Positions 1-7,633 of a DNA stretch of 24,000 nt are shown here, in pieces. This stretch comes from an uncultured Eubacteriales bacterium. Lineage in GTDB: Bacteria; Bacillota; Clostridia; Oscillospirales; Acutalibacteraceae. The translations under genes were made by a program, and so were the position numbers. The DNA lies in assembly GCA_964615315.1 (NCBI GenBank), contig CAZTMZ010000003.1, positions 45,565 to 69,564 of the forward strand, read 5' to 3'. Within the stretch, counting starts at the first letter, position 1. Each line of letters begins with the position of its first letter. Below the pieces are notes generated by a model that saw only the letters and a list, made by a program, of their open reading frames with translations, had not been told where the DNA came from and searched no databases.

Positions 1-261
1 ACTCGTAATAAAAGAGTTGGTGATGTTTCTTGGTCTGAATTTCGTAGGATGTTAACCTATAAATCTCAATGGTATGGGAAACAATTATCTATTGTGGATA
101 GATATTTCCCGTCATCGCAGGCATGTCATGTGTGTGGATATAGAGATGGCAAGAAGTCTGAGGATATTAGAAGCTGGATTTGTCCTAATTGTAAAAGTAA
201 ATTAGATAGAGATGTAAATGCTGCTAAAAATATTCTGAACGAGGGATTAAAAATAATTTAG
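1..261 (+). CDS. tnpB: TnpB-family (IS200/IS605/IS607 OrfB) RNA-guided nuclease, C-terminal fragment; the 5' end lies outside the window
   Basis: Frame 1 is open from base 1 (TRNKRVGDVSWSEFRRMLTYKSQWYGKQL...). It contains a CxxC...CxxC zinc ribbon (CHVCG, CPNCK) followed by the RuvC-III motif DRDVNAAKNI. Stop TAG at 259-261. The layout matches the C-terminus of the full TnpB at 6370-7509. Confidence 0.9.
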   Translation, partial: TRNKRVGDVSWSEFRRMLTYKSQWYGKQLSIVDRYFPSSQACHVCGYRDGKKSEDIRSWICPNCKSKLDRDVNAAKNILNEGLKII

Positions 262-365
262 TAATATATATAAGAACCGTAGGAACTACGGGGATAGCCT
301 AGTGATACTGTATTCGTTGGAATACTTGACTAGGAACCCCGCGACTTTAGTCGTGGGAGGTTCAG
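262..365 (+). ncRNA. Structured right-end RNA: candidate TnpB omega-RNA scaffold and/or intron 3' segment
   Basis: Three clean hairpins. First: ccgtag(277-282)/ctacgg(286-291). Second, nested: cctagt(298-303)/actagg(329-334) enclosing gtattc(310-315)/gaatac(320-325). Third: cccgcgac(338-345)/gtcgtggg(350-357). The region ends ...ttcaG at 365, directly abutting coding sequence. The omega-RNA probably starts inside the tnpB 3' end; that 5' boundary is unknown. Confidence 0.55.
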
Positions 366-1553
366 GCTGGCACACTAAAGATTGGCGATGGTACAACAAC
401 ATATGAAAACTTACCTGCTATTCATGCGGGTGAAATTTCTTCTGCGGCCTCTCATTATGAGGGCGTTAAAGCAGAAGGCGAATCCGATATGGACGTCATC
501 GCTAGAGTTCTAGCAGATGATGAAGTTGGCGAAACTCGTTCGGATGATGTTTTTATTGTTAAAACTCTAATTGCAGAAGGCAAGTATTCTCATACTGCTT
601 ATGTTTACAATGGTTCTGCGTGGGTTGCTATGGACGGTAATTATGATGCTTCTAATGTTTATTTTGATAGTGATCTAATTGCTACGAGCGCAATCGGTAC
701 GGTTACGATTCCGTCTTCCGGTTCTGCGACTATTGAAGCGGCGGGTAAGAGTTTGAAGCAGGTTCTTTCTGCCATTCTTGCGCAAGAAAAGAATCCGACC
801 ACTACTCCGCCTGCTATTACTCTATCTGTTAGCGGTGGTTCTGGTGAGGTTGGTAGTTCTTATACTCTGCCTACTGCTACTCTAAAGCTTACCAGTGTTG
901 GTAGTTACACTTATGGCCCTGATACTGGTGTTACTGTTGAGGGCGGCAATGCTACTATTACTTGCGGCGATGAGTCTGCCACCAATAGTGGCGCTATGGT
1001 ATTAAATAGCACTCTGACACTAAAAGCCGTAGACGATAACTCTGTTTATTCTGATACAGCTAAGTCTTATACATTCAGTGCTTCTGCTGTTCATACTGAT
1101 GGTGCTATTCCTGTAACTAATATTGGCAATAAGTATGCTGCTGGTCAGATTAAGTCAGCTACGCTAACCAAGTCTGCGACCGCGACATTTACTGGCTATC
1201 GTTCTTTCTTCTATGGCATGGACGACACTACTGGTGAAATTGATAGTAAGCTAATTCGTGCCCTAACCAATGGCGGCAATTATAATGCATCCAAGACCTT
1301 CACCCTTAAAGCCGCAGATAAGGAAGGCGTAAAGCGTTTCATTGTTGCTTATCCTGCAAATAGTTCTCGTGGCGGCGTGAAAGAAGTTCTTTTGACGAGC
1401 ACAATGAATCTCGACATCACGGCAAACTACGTCCAACAAACCAATGTTGAAGTAGAGGGTCTAAATGGATATAACGCAATTCCATATAAAGTATTCGTTT
1501 ATTCTCCCGCTGAAATTGGTGCCGACGAAGTTCATAAAATTACTTTAGCGTAA
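366..1553 (+). CDS. Phage tail-fibre-like structural protein, downstream exon/segment (N-terminus upstream of the TnpB element and outside the window)
   Basis: The frame of ORF 489..1553 stays open back to 351. It reads AGTLKIGDGTTTYENLPAIHAG, the K-I-G-D-G...N-L-P tail-fibre N-terminal motif also present in the fibre starting at 20909 (FKIGDGITSVNNLPF). The track start at Met 489 is therefore an artefact. The exact junction (about 366) is inferred from the preceding G. Confidence 0.65.
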   Translation, partial: AGTLKIGDGTTTYENLPAIHAGEISSAASHYEGVKAEGESDMDVIARVLADDEVGETRSDDVFIVKTLIAEGKYSHTAYVYNGSAWVAMDGNYDASNVYFDSDLIATSAIGTVTIPSSGSATIEAAGKSLKQVLSAILAQEKNPTTTPPAITLSVSGGSGEVGSSYTLPTATLKLTSVGSYTYGPDTGVTVEGGNATITCGDESATNSGAMVLNSTLTLKAVDDNSVYSDTAKSYTFSASAVHTDGAIPVTNIGNKYAAGQIKSATLTKSATATFTGYRSFFYGMDDTTGEIDSKLIRALTNGGNYNASKTFTLKAADKEGVKRFIVAYPANSSRGGVKEVLLTSTMNLDITANYVQQTNVEVEGLNGYNAIPYKVFVYSPAEIGADEVHKITLA

Positions 1554-1567
1554 GGAGGTAAAGAATT

Positions 1568-3367
1568 ATGGCTACTATTAAGAAAAATTATACTCCTTCT
1601 TCTTTGCCTGTTGCGTTTAGCAGAGGTGAACCAATCCCGATTGACAAAAGTCTGGTTTGGTATTCTTTTGAAGAACTAAAAACGTATGCAGAAAGCGGAG
1701 CGACTGCGTATGTGGGCCAAGTTCTTTCTTTTGTAGATGAAGAAAGTGGTACTGCAACTGTTTATGTTATCGCGGACGAAGCTGGCACTCTTGAGAAGGT
1801 TGGAACCTCTCCTGTTGGCGACGAGTCTACTATTACCGTGGCTGAAAATGGCACTGTAAGCCTTTATGGTATTGATGGCATTGAAGTTGAAAGCAAGACT
1901 TATCAACCTTTACTGGTGAATGGTATTCTTACTTGGGTTGAACCTAGTGCAACTACCGTTGAAGGTCTAGCTACCGAAATCGAAGGCCTAAAGAGTAGAG
2001 TTGGCGCGGTAGAAACGTCTGTTACTGCAATCAATAACAAGATTGGTGAAGTTGCTGAAGATAAGACTGTTGTTGAAATGATCGCTGACGCCAAGGCTGA
2101 GGCAACTTATGATGATACTACCCTAGTTGGTCGTGTAGATACTCTTGAAGGAAAGGCTCATGAACATAGTAACAAAGATGTTTTGGATGGTATTACTTCT
2201 GATAAAGTTTCTGCATGGGATAAGGCGGAGCAGAATGCTGTTGATCGTGTACTAGGTTATCTTGCGGAAGACGAGATCAATACCGATTTTGATACCCTAA
2301 AGGAAGTTGCAGAGTGGATCGAATCTGATACAACTGCAAGCGCGGAACTAGTTATTCGTGTTTCTAATATTGAAAACGACTATCTAAAGGGTGCGGACAA
2401 AACTGCACTACAGGGCGAGATTGACGCTCTTGAGGCGTTTATTGGCGAACTACCCGAAGATGCGGTGTCTGAAACTGTAGTTGGCTATATCAAGGAAGTT
2501 GTAGGCGCTCTACAGATTGGTGATTATGCCAAGGCTTCTGATTTGACTGCTCTTGCCAATCGTGTTACTGCGCTCGAAAATGTTGGTGCAGAAAAGAACG
2601 TTATTGCAACTGTAGACGAAGGTCAATTTGCTATTGATGACTCCAGAAATCTAACTCTGCTAGATATTGCTATGGGTAAGGTTACTGGCCTGTCTGATGC
2701 GCTAGCTGGCAAAGTTGCTACTGAAGAAGGTAAGTCTCTGATTCAGGATACCTTAATTGAAAAACTAGAAGGCATTGCTACTGGCGCTCAGGTCAATGTT
2801 ATTAATAGCGTTGACACTGCACAGTTTGCGATTGACGAAGATAAGAAACTAACACTGCTTGACGTTGCAATGGGCAAGGTTACTGGTCTATCTGAAGCTC
2901 TTGCTACTAAAGTAGACAAGGTTGAAGGTTCTCGCCTAATTACTTCTGATGAAGCTTCCAAACTTGAAAGCCTAGTCCTGTCCGAAGACGGTAGCGTTGA
3001 AATCAGTGGTGAAGTTAATGCTTCTAACGTTAAGGAGCTTGGTTCTTGGATTACCACTAATAGAGGCACTGTTCTTGGTCTGTTGAGTGCTGAGAACGAA
3101 ACCAAACTAGATGGCGTCGAAGCTGGTGCTCAAGTTAACAAGATTGAGTCTGTAAAGGTCGGCGGCACACTGCTTGACATTACTGAAAAGAGTGTTAATA
3201 TTCCTGTGGCTACGGGCACTCTACTTGGTGTTGTTATGAGTTCTGCTGCGGAAAATAAAGTTGCAGTTGCAGAAGATGGCACTATGGAAGTTAATAGTGT
3301 TAACATCAATAAGCTAACGCAGAACGAGGGCGATTTCTTAGTTCTTGACGGCGGAGCTTCTGCCTAA
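1568..3367 (+). CDS. Tail-fibre protein (coiled-coil, with internal repeats)
   Basis: RBS aaggagg lies 8 nt upstream of the ATG. The protein has two copies of a roughly 60-aa repeat (QFAIDDSRNLTLLDIAMGKVTGLSDALAGKV / QFAIDEDKKLTLLDVAMGKVTGLSEALATKV). It shares the motifs HEHSNKDVLDGITSDKVSAWD and ALQIGDYAKASDLTAL with the next gene. Confidence 0.8.
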   Translation: MATIKKNYTPSSLPVAFSRGEPIPIDKSLVWYSFEELKTYAESGATAYVGQVLSFVDEESGTATVYVIADEAGTLEKVGTSPVGDESTITVAENGTVSLYGIDGIEVESKTYQPLLVNGILTWVEPSATTVEGLATEIEGLKSRVGAVETSVTAINNKIGEVAEDKTVVEMIADAKAEATYDDTTLVGRVDTLEGKAHEHSNKDVLDGITSDKVSAWDKAEQNAVDRVLGYLAEDEINTDFDTLKEVAEWIESDTTASAELVIRVSNIENDYLKGADKTALQGEIDALEAFIGELPEDAVSETVVGYIKEVVGALQIGDYAKASDLTALANRVTALENVGAEKNVIATVDEGQFAIDDSRNLTLLDIAMGKVTGLSDALAGKVATEEGKSLIQDTLIEKLEGIATGAQVNVINSVDTAQFAIDEDKKLTLLDVAMGKVTGLSEALATKVDKVEGSRLITSDEASKLESLVLSEDGSVEISGEVNASNVKELGSWITTNRGTVLGLLSAENETKLDGVEAGAQVNKIESVKVGGTLLDITEKSVNIPVATGTLLGVVMSSAAENKVAVAEDGTMEVNSVNINKLTQNEGDFLVLDGGASA

Positions 3368-3422
3368 TATAGATAATACAATATGAATGGAAAAATATAT
3401 TTTTTAAAGGAGAAATGTAATT

Positions 3423-5177
3423 ATGGCTACTACTAAAACTTTAAATACCAAAATTGCTCTACGTTATGATTCTTATGAAAATTGGATTGCAAATGACCCC
3501 GTACTTATGGCGGGTGAGTTGGCACTAGCTGCTGTTTCTGTTAAGCAGAATGACGTAGTAAACTTTGTGCCCTCTGTTCTTGTTAAGGCCGGTAATGGTA
3601 CTAGTAAGTATTCCGAGTTGGATTATATTTTTGCGAAGGCTGCTGATGTTTTAGAGGCTTGTAAGTCTGAATCTGGTCTAACTGCTTTTGTCAACAACGT
3701 CATTAACAATGCCGGTATTGCTACCGATGAGGCTCTGAATGCACTCAAGACTCGTGTCGCCGCTGCCGAGGGCGACATCGATACGCTAGAAGGTCTAGTT
3801 GGCGATACCGCTGTAGCTACTCAGATTTCTGACGCTATTGCCAAGCTAGATCTTGCCAATACCTATGACGCCAAGGGTTCCGCTGCCGCTGTTCAGTCTT
3901 CTCTAGACTCTTATAAGGCTTCTAACAATGCTGTTATTGCGGCCATCAAGGACGGCGCTGTTCTCGACAGCTTTAAGGACGTTGAAGATCAGCTTGCTAC
4001 TAAGGAAGCCAGTGGTGCTGCAGCTCAGGCTCTAGCCGATGCTAAGGAATATGCTGACGGTAAGGATGCTGCTATTGCCGCTGCTAAGAAGGCTGGCGAC
4101 GACGCTCAGGCCGATGTTGACGCTCTAGAGGCTGCTGTTGGTACTGTTCCTACTGGTAAAACCGTCGTTCAGATGATTTCCGAGGCTCAGACTGCCGCTA
4201 CTTATGATGATACCAAAGTTAAGGCCGACATCGCTCAGAATGCTTCTGATATTGATACCCTAGAGGCTCTTGTTGGTGATACTGCGGTTGCGACTCAGAT
4301 TAGTACTTCTGTAAATGCCGCCAAGACTGAGCTCAAGGGCGGTTCTTCTGATACTGCCTCTTCTGCTACTATTGCTGGCGCAAAGAAGTACGCTGACAGT
4401 CTAAATACTGCTATGGATGCTCGTATAGATGCTATTGAAGCGGCTGTTGGTGAGGGTGGCTCTGTTGGTGCTCAGATTGACGAAAAGATCGCGGCTCTAG
4501 ACGTAGCGGACACTGCTGTTGCTGGTCAGTATGTATCTGCTGTTTCTGAGACTGATGGTAAGATCACCGTCACTCGTGCAGCTCTGCCAGATTACACTGA
4601 GACCTATGCTGCCAAGAAGCATACTCATGCCGTTGCTGACGTAACTGGCCTGCAGACTGAGCTTGACAAGGTTTCTACCCTAATTGGTAGTGACGCTGGT
4701 AAGTCTGCTCGTACTATTGCAAACGAGGAACTTGCCGCGCAGCTAATTCCTGATGGTGCTAAGGAATCTCTAGATACCCTGCAGGAAATTGCACAGTGGA
4801 TTCAGGATCACCCCGACGACGCGGCTGCTATGAATTCTGCTATCGAAGCTCTGCAGACTAAGGTTGGCGATACTTCTGTGTCTGCTCAGATTACTGCGGC
4901 TATCGACGCGCTGAAGATCGGAGATTATGCGAAGGCCGCAGATCTTACTGCTGCTATTGCACGTATTGCTACTCTTGAAGGCGATTCTCATACTCACAGC
5001 AACAAGACCGTACTTGATGGCATTACATCTGATAAGGTAAATACTTGGGATGCATCTGTACAGACCGTTACTGGCGGCACTGGCTTGAAGGCAGCTAAGT
5101 CTGGCACTGGTGTTACCGTTGACTTTGATGATAGTGTCACTTTTGTGTTTGATTGCGGCGATAGTACTAATGCCTAA
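3423..5177 (+). CDS. Tail-fibre protein (Ala-rich coiled-coil), paralogous to 1568..3367
   Basis: RBS aaaggaga is present. The N-terminus is typical of fibres (YDSYENWIANDPVLMAGELALA...KAGNGTSKYSELDY). Shared blocks: HTHSNKTVLDGITSDKVNTWD, LDTLQEIAQWIQD, ALKIGDYAKAADLTAA. Confidence 0.8.
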   Translation: MATTKTLNTKIALRYDSYENWIANDPVLMAGELALAAVSVKQNDVVNFVPSVLVKAGNGTSKYSELDYIFAKAADVLEACKSESGLTAFVNNVINNAGIATDEALNALKTRVAAAEGDIDTLEGLVGDTAVATQISDAIAKLDLANTYDAKGSAAAVQSSLDSYKASNNAVIAAIKDGAVLDSFKDVEDQLATKEASGAAAQALADAKEYADGKDAAIAAAKKAGDDAQADVDALEAAVGTVPTGKTVVQMISEAQTAATYDDTKVKADIAQNASDIDTLEALVGDTAVATQISTSVNAAKTELKGGSSDTASSATIAGAKKYADSLNTAMDARIDAIEAAVGEGGSVGAQIDEKIAALDVADTAVAGQYVSAVSETDGKITVTRAALPDYTETYAAKKHTHAVADVTGLQTELDKVSTLIGSDAGKSARTIANEELAAQLIPDGAKESLDTLQEIAQWIQDHPDDAAAMNSAIEALQTKVGDTSVSAQITAAIDALKIGDYAKAADLTAAIARIATLEGDSHTHSNKTVLDGITSDKVNTWDASVQTVTGGTGLKAAKSGTGVTVDFDDSVTFVFDCGDSTNA

Positions 5178-5199
5178 TATGATATAAATTAATAATTTA

Positions 5200-5230
5200 G
5201 GACCGCTCTGTTATCTCAATAGGGCGGTTC
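5200..5230 (+). terminator. Stem-loop after the fibre gene (weak candidate terminator)
   Basis: ggaccgc(5200-5206) pairs with gcggttc(5224-5230), including one G-U pair. No clear T-tract follows. Confidence 0.3.
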
Positions 5231-5254
5231 TACTACTACTTCTGGGGTGATAAT

Positions 5255-5887
5255 ATGAGCTGTTATGTAGAAAAAGTAATAAAAATTGCAAAGGCCGAAA
5301 TCGGCTATTTAGAAAAGGCAAGCAATAGTAATCTTGATAATAAGACTGCAAATGCAGGAGATAAAAATTACACTAAGTACGCTAGGGATTTGGACAGCAT
5401 TTCTGGTTTCTACAACGGAAAGAAACAAGGGTATCCTTGGTGTGATGTGTGGTTTGACTGGCTGTTTGTTCAAGCATACGGCGTTGAAAGTGCAAAAAGA
5501 TTACTTTGTCAGCCTAACAAGTCGCTAGGTGCTGGTTGTCAGTACTCTATGAATTACTATAAATCAAAAGGACAGCTCTATACTACTCCTAAAATTGGAG
5601 ACCAAATATTTTTTAAAAATAATTCTGATGAGATTGTTCACACGGGGTTTGTGTACGATGTGGATAAAACATATGTATATACAATCGAGGGCAATACGTC
5701 TTCTGCCAGTGGCGTAGTCGCTAACGGTGGCGGTGTATTTGCTAAAAAATATAAATTAACATATGAACGTATCGCGTGTTATGGTAGGCCAGCTTATGAC
5801 ACGGTTGAAAATAAAAATAATACAGCCGCCCATGTGGCAAATGGAGGGACTTGTACTGTGAATCTTAATGTGTTGAAAAAAGGAAAT
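5255..5887 (+). CDS. Endolysin exon 1: CHAP/NlpC-P60-type catalytic domain
   Basis: Catalytic Cys context GYPWCDVW, His context EIVHTGFVY, and TIEGNTS. The exon ends ...VLKKGN on U5887. The TAA at 5888-5890 is the first triplet of the intron. Confidence 0.85.
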
Positions 5888-6345
5888 TAACTAATGCAAT
5901 TTCTAAGCCTAGGTGTAACCGGGCGATTGCATTAGTATAGTTTCCGTATACAGAAATGTGTATGAAAAATTACTCACTGAATTGCTGGAATCCCCTAAAG
6001 CCTATGACGCTACAACGCGAGTCGTAAGACCGAACGTGAATGCAGTGAAAACAGAAAAAAGACATAGGATGATATATGGTTAAATCCTAAGTATCGTAAC
6101 AATGGGCAATCAGCAGCCAAGCTCCCAATTATTGACAACACAATATGAATGTGCTATAATAGTTGTGGAAAAGGTTCAACGACTATCCCGCAAGGGAGTA
6201 GGACACAAGCGATTGGTGTCCGAAGTGGTGAGCACCTAAGTCTCTTATGAGATATGGCGAAGATATAGTCTGTGCTCTACTGAAAGGTAGAGGCGCGAAA
6301 GCGCAGCGAGGCGTAGCGAGCCGATAGGAAAACAACCTTTTCTTA
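5888..6345 (+). ncRNA. Group I intron ribozyme core (IA2-like, with P7.1/P7.2)
   Basis: P1: ggaaaU(5882-5887) pairs with Gtttcc(5940-5945). P1 carries a perfect 10-bp extension hairpin, ctaatgcaat(5891-5900)/attgcattag(5926-5935). P2: gtatac(5946-5951)/gtgtat(5958-5963). Core elements: P aattgctggaa (5980-5990), Q caatcagcagc (6107-6117), R gttcaacgactat (6174-6186), S aagatatagtct (6260-6271). P7 is gactat/atagtc. GNRA-capped hairpins follow: ccc-gcaa-ggg and gcgc-gaaa-gcgc. From memory, the 3' core closely resembles the phage T4 td intron (AACGACTATCCC...GAGTAGG...GAGATATAGTCTGCTC). Confidence 0.85.
6132..6160 (+). promoter_or_regulatory. Perfect sigma-A/sigma-70 consensus promoter inside the intron (P6 region), facing tnpB
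   Basis: TTGACA (6132-6137), a 17-nt spacer (6138-6154), then TATAAT (6155-6160). A TG at 6152-6153 gives an extended -10 (TGcTATAAT). The homologous ORF-less intron has only a short hairpin at this position. Confidence 0.6.
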
Positions 6346-6369
6346 TCATGAATGAGAGGAGGTGCAACG

Positions 6370-7509
6370 ATGATTAAATCTTTTATAGTAAGGTTATACC
6401 TAACGAGAATACAAGAGGAGCTGGCGTGGAAGCACGTTGGCGCTTGCAGGTTCATTTGGAATTATATGCTTGACTACCAGCAGAGGTTATACGAATCAGA
6501 AAAGAAGCATCTACCTGCCTTTAGTATGATAAAACTTCTAACTCCGTTGAAGAATGACGGAGAGCATGGCTGGCTGTACGACGTATCGAACTCTTCCTTG
6601 CAAACAATCTGCCGCGATTTGGACGGAGCCTATCAGTGTTTCTTTAAGAAGGCTGCCGGTTTTCCGAAGTTCAAGTCGCGTAAGAAGAGTAAATCGAATT
6701 TTCCTGTATGCTGCAATAGATTCTACTTTGCAGACGAGAACTTCGTACAGATACAGAAGCTCGGCAAGGTTCGTTTCAAAACGGACTTTGAGCTTCCGAT
6801 TGGACGCGAGCATAAGTTCCTGAACCCCAGAATTTCCTACGTTAATGGGAAATGGCTACTGTCTTTTAGCATGGAGTGCGAGAACCAAGCGCCTGTATTG
6901 ACAGACAAGCCCATGGGTATAGATTTAGGTATTAAGGATTTAGCAGTGGCAGAATTTGACGGAAGGCCCATTGTCTTTCATAACATCAACAAGTCGAAGC
7001 GTATGCGGCAGCTCAAGCAGAGGCAGAAGCACTTGCAGAGAAGTATCTCCCGCAAGTACGAAGCGAATCGCAAGGGCAACCAGTATGTGAAGACGAAAAA
7101 CATTGAAAGGCAGGAGGAACAACTCCGCAAGCTCTATTCTCGAATCACGAACATCCGAACAAACTACATCCACCAAACCACACACGTTTTGGTTTCTCTC
7201 CTGCCTTGTCGAGTCGTCATGGAAGACTTAAACGTACAAAGCATGATGAAGAACCGACATCTGAGCAAGGCAATTCAGGAGCAGGGGTTCTATGAATTCA
7301 TCCGCCAAATGCAGTACAAGTGCGAGTGGAACGGTATCGAGTTCGTTCAGGTTTACAGGTTTTATCCGAGCAGCAAGACATGTTCCAAATGCGGCAACGT
7401 CAAGCGGAACCTGAAGCTGTCGGACAGAACGTATCATTGTGATTCGTGCGGAGCAGTAATTGACCGAGATTACAACGCTGCCATTAACCTTAGCAGATAC
7501 GTAGTCTAA
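6370..7509 (+). CDS. tnpB: TnpB RNA-guided DNA endonuclease (379 aa)
   Basis: RBS aggagg lies 7 nt before ATG 6370; the track start at 6352 is unlikely. The N-terminus MIKSFIVRLYLTRIQEE..CRFIWNYML is typical of TnpB. RuvC-I GIDLGIKD, RuvC-II VVMEDLNV, zinc ribbon CSKCG...CDSCG, and RuvC-III IDRDYNAAINL are all intact. Confidence 0.92.
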   Translation: MIKSFIVRLYLTRIQEELAWKHVGACRFIWNYMLDYQQRLYESEKKHLPAFSMIKLLTPLKNDGEHGWLYDVSNSSLQTICRDLDGAYQCFFKKAAGFPKFKSRKKSKSNFPVCCNRFYFADENFVQIQKLGKVRFKTDFELPIGREHKFLNPRISYVNGKWLLSFSMECENQAPVLTDKPMGIDLGIKDLAVAEFDGRPIVFHNINKSKRMRQLKQRQKHLQRSISRKYEANRKGNQYVKTKNIERQEEQLRKLYSRITNIRTNYIHQTTHVLVSLLPCRVVMEDLNVQSMMKNRHLSKAIQEQGFYEFIRQMQYKCEWNGIEFVQVYRFYPSSKTCSKCGNVKRNLKLSDRTYHCDSCGAVIDRDYNAAINLSRYVV

Positions 7510-7633
7510 TTGAAGAGACTATGGTCTTGAGGTGTTGTTGCACCTTTAAGCTGTGGAGAGCCATACAAACTTGAGTAGTTACGACGAAAGAGGGCTTGAT
7601 GAAGCAGTAAGTTTAGTTTGCTAAACACAACAG
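7510..7633 (+). ncRNA. IStron 3' structured region: candidate omega-RNA scaffold ending at the 3' splice site
   Basis: Hairpins: agac/gtct, aggtg/cacct and gtttag-tttg-ctaaac. They lie just before ...acaacaG7633. The position relative to the tnpB stop matches the TnpB omega-RNA paradigm. The scaffold probably starts inside the tnpB 3' end. Confidence 0.55.

Larger units (their letters stand above)
1..365 (+). mobile_element. Right end of a TnpB element (probable IStron) inserted within a tail-fibre gene
   Basis: The tnpB 3' end is followed by about 100 nt of strongly structured non-coding sequence. The host tail-fibre reading frame is open from 351 onward, and I place the exon start at about 366. 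The left end is not visible. Confidence 0.7.
5888..7633 (+). mobile_element. IStron: group I intron + tnpB + omega-RNA region (1746 nt), inserted in the endolysin gene
   Basis: The 5' splice site follows U5887, which is paired to G5940 in P1. The group I P/Q/R/S core elements, a full tnpB ORF and a structured 3' region ending in G7633 are all present. The length is divisible by 3, and removal joins the CHAP domain in frame to a PG_binding_1 domain. Confidence 0.85.

Noticed and set aside
1676-5000. Minus-strand ORFs inside the fibre genes (1676..1906, 1903..2094, 2788..3105, 4770..4997)
   Set aside because: They lie antisense to long, motif-rich + strand genes. They have no RBS and low-complexity Ser/Thr/Arg-rich translations typical of shadow ORFs.
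5334-5528. A 64-aa + strand ORF inside endolysin exon 1
   Set aside because: It is an alternative frame of a well-supported CHAP domain gene.
6078-6186. tRNA-like strings (ggttaaatcc at 6078-6087 and 12404-12413; ggttcaacgac)
   Set aside because: They resemble a T-arm only superficially. No acceptor or anticodon arms flank them. They are conserved group I intron segments (the P5 region and the R element).
6352-6369. Track start codon ATG 6352 for TnpB (MRGGATM...)
   Set aside because: The aggagg RBS lies inside this extension, 7 nt before ATG 6370. The sequence MIKSFIVRLY matches typical TnpB N-termini.
6183-6455. A 90-aa minus-strand ORF overlapping the ribozyme core and the tnpB start
   Set aside because: The region is explained by conserved group I elements (R, S, P9 hairpins) and the tnpB RBS on the + strand. 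There are no translation signals on the - strand.
6538-7437. Off-frame and antisense ORFs inside tnpB (6538..6813 -, 6554..6823 +, 6940..7185 -, 7228..7437 -)
   Set aside because: They are nested in an intact tnpB with all catalytic motifs, so they are shadow ORFs.
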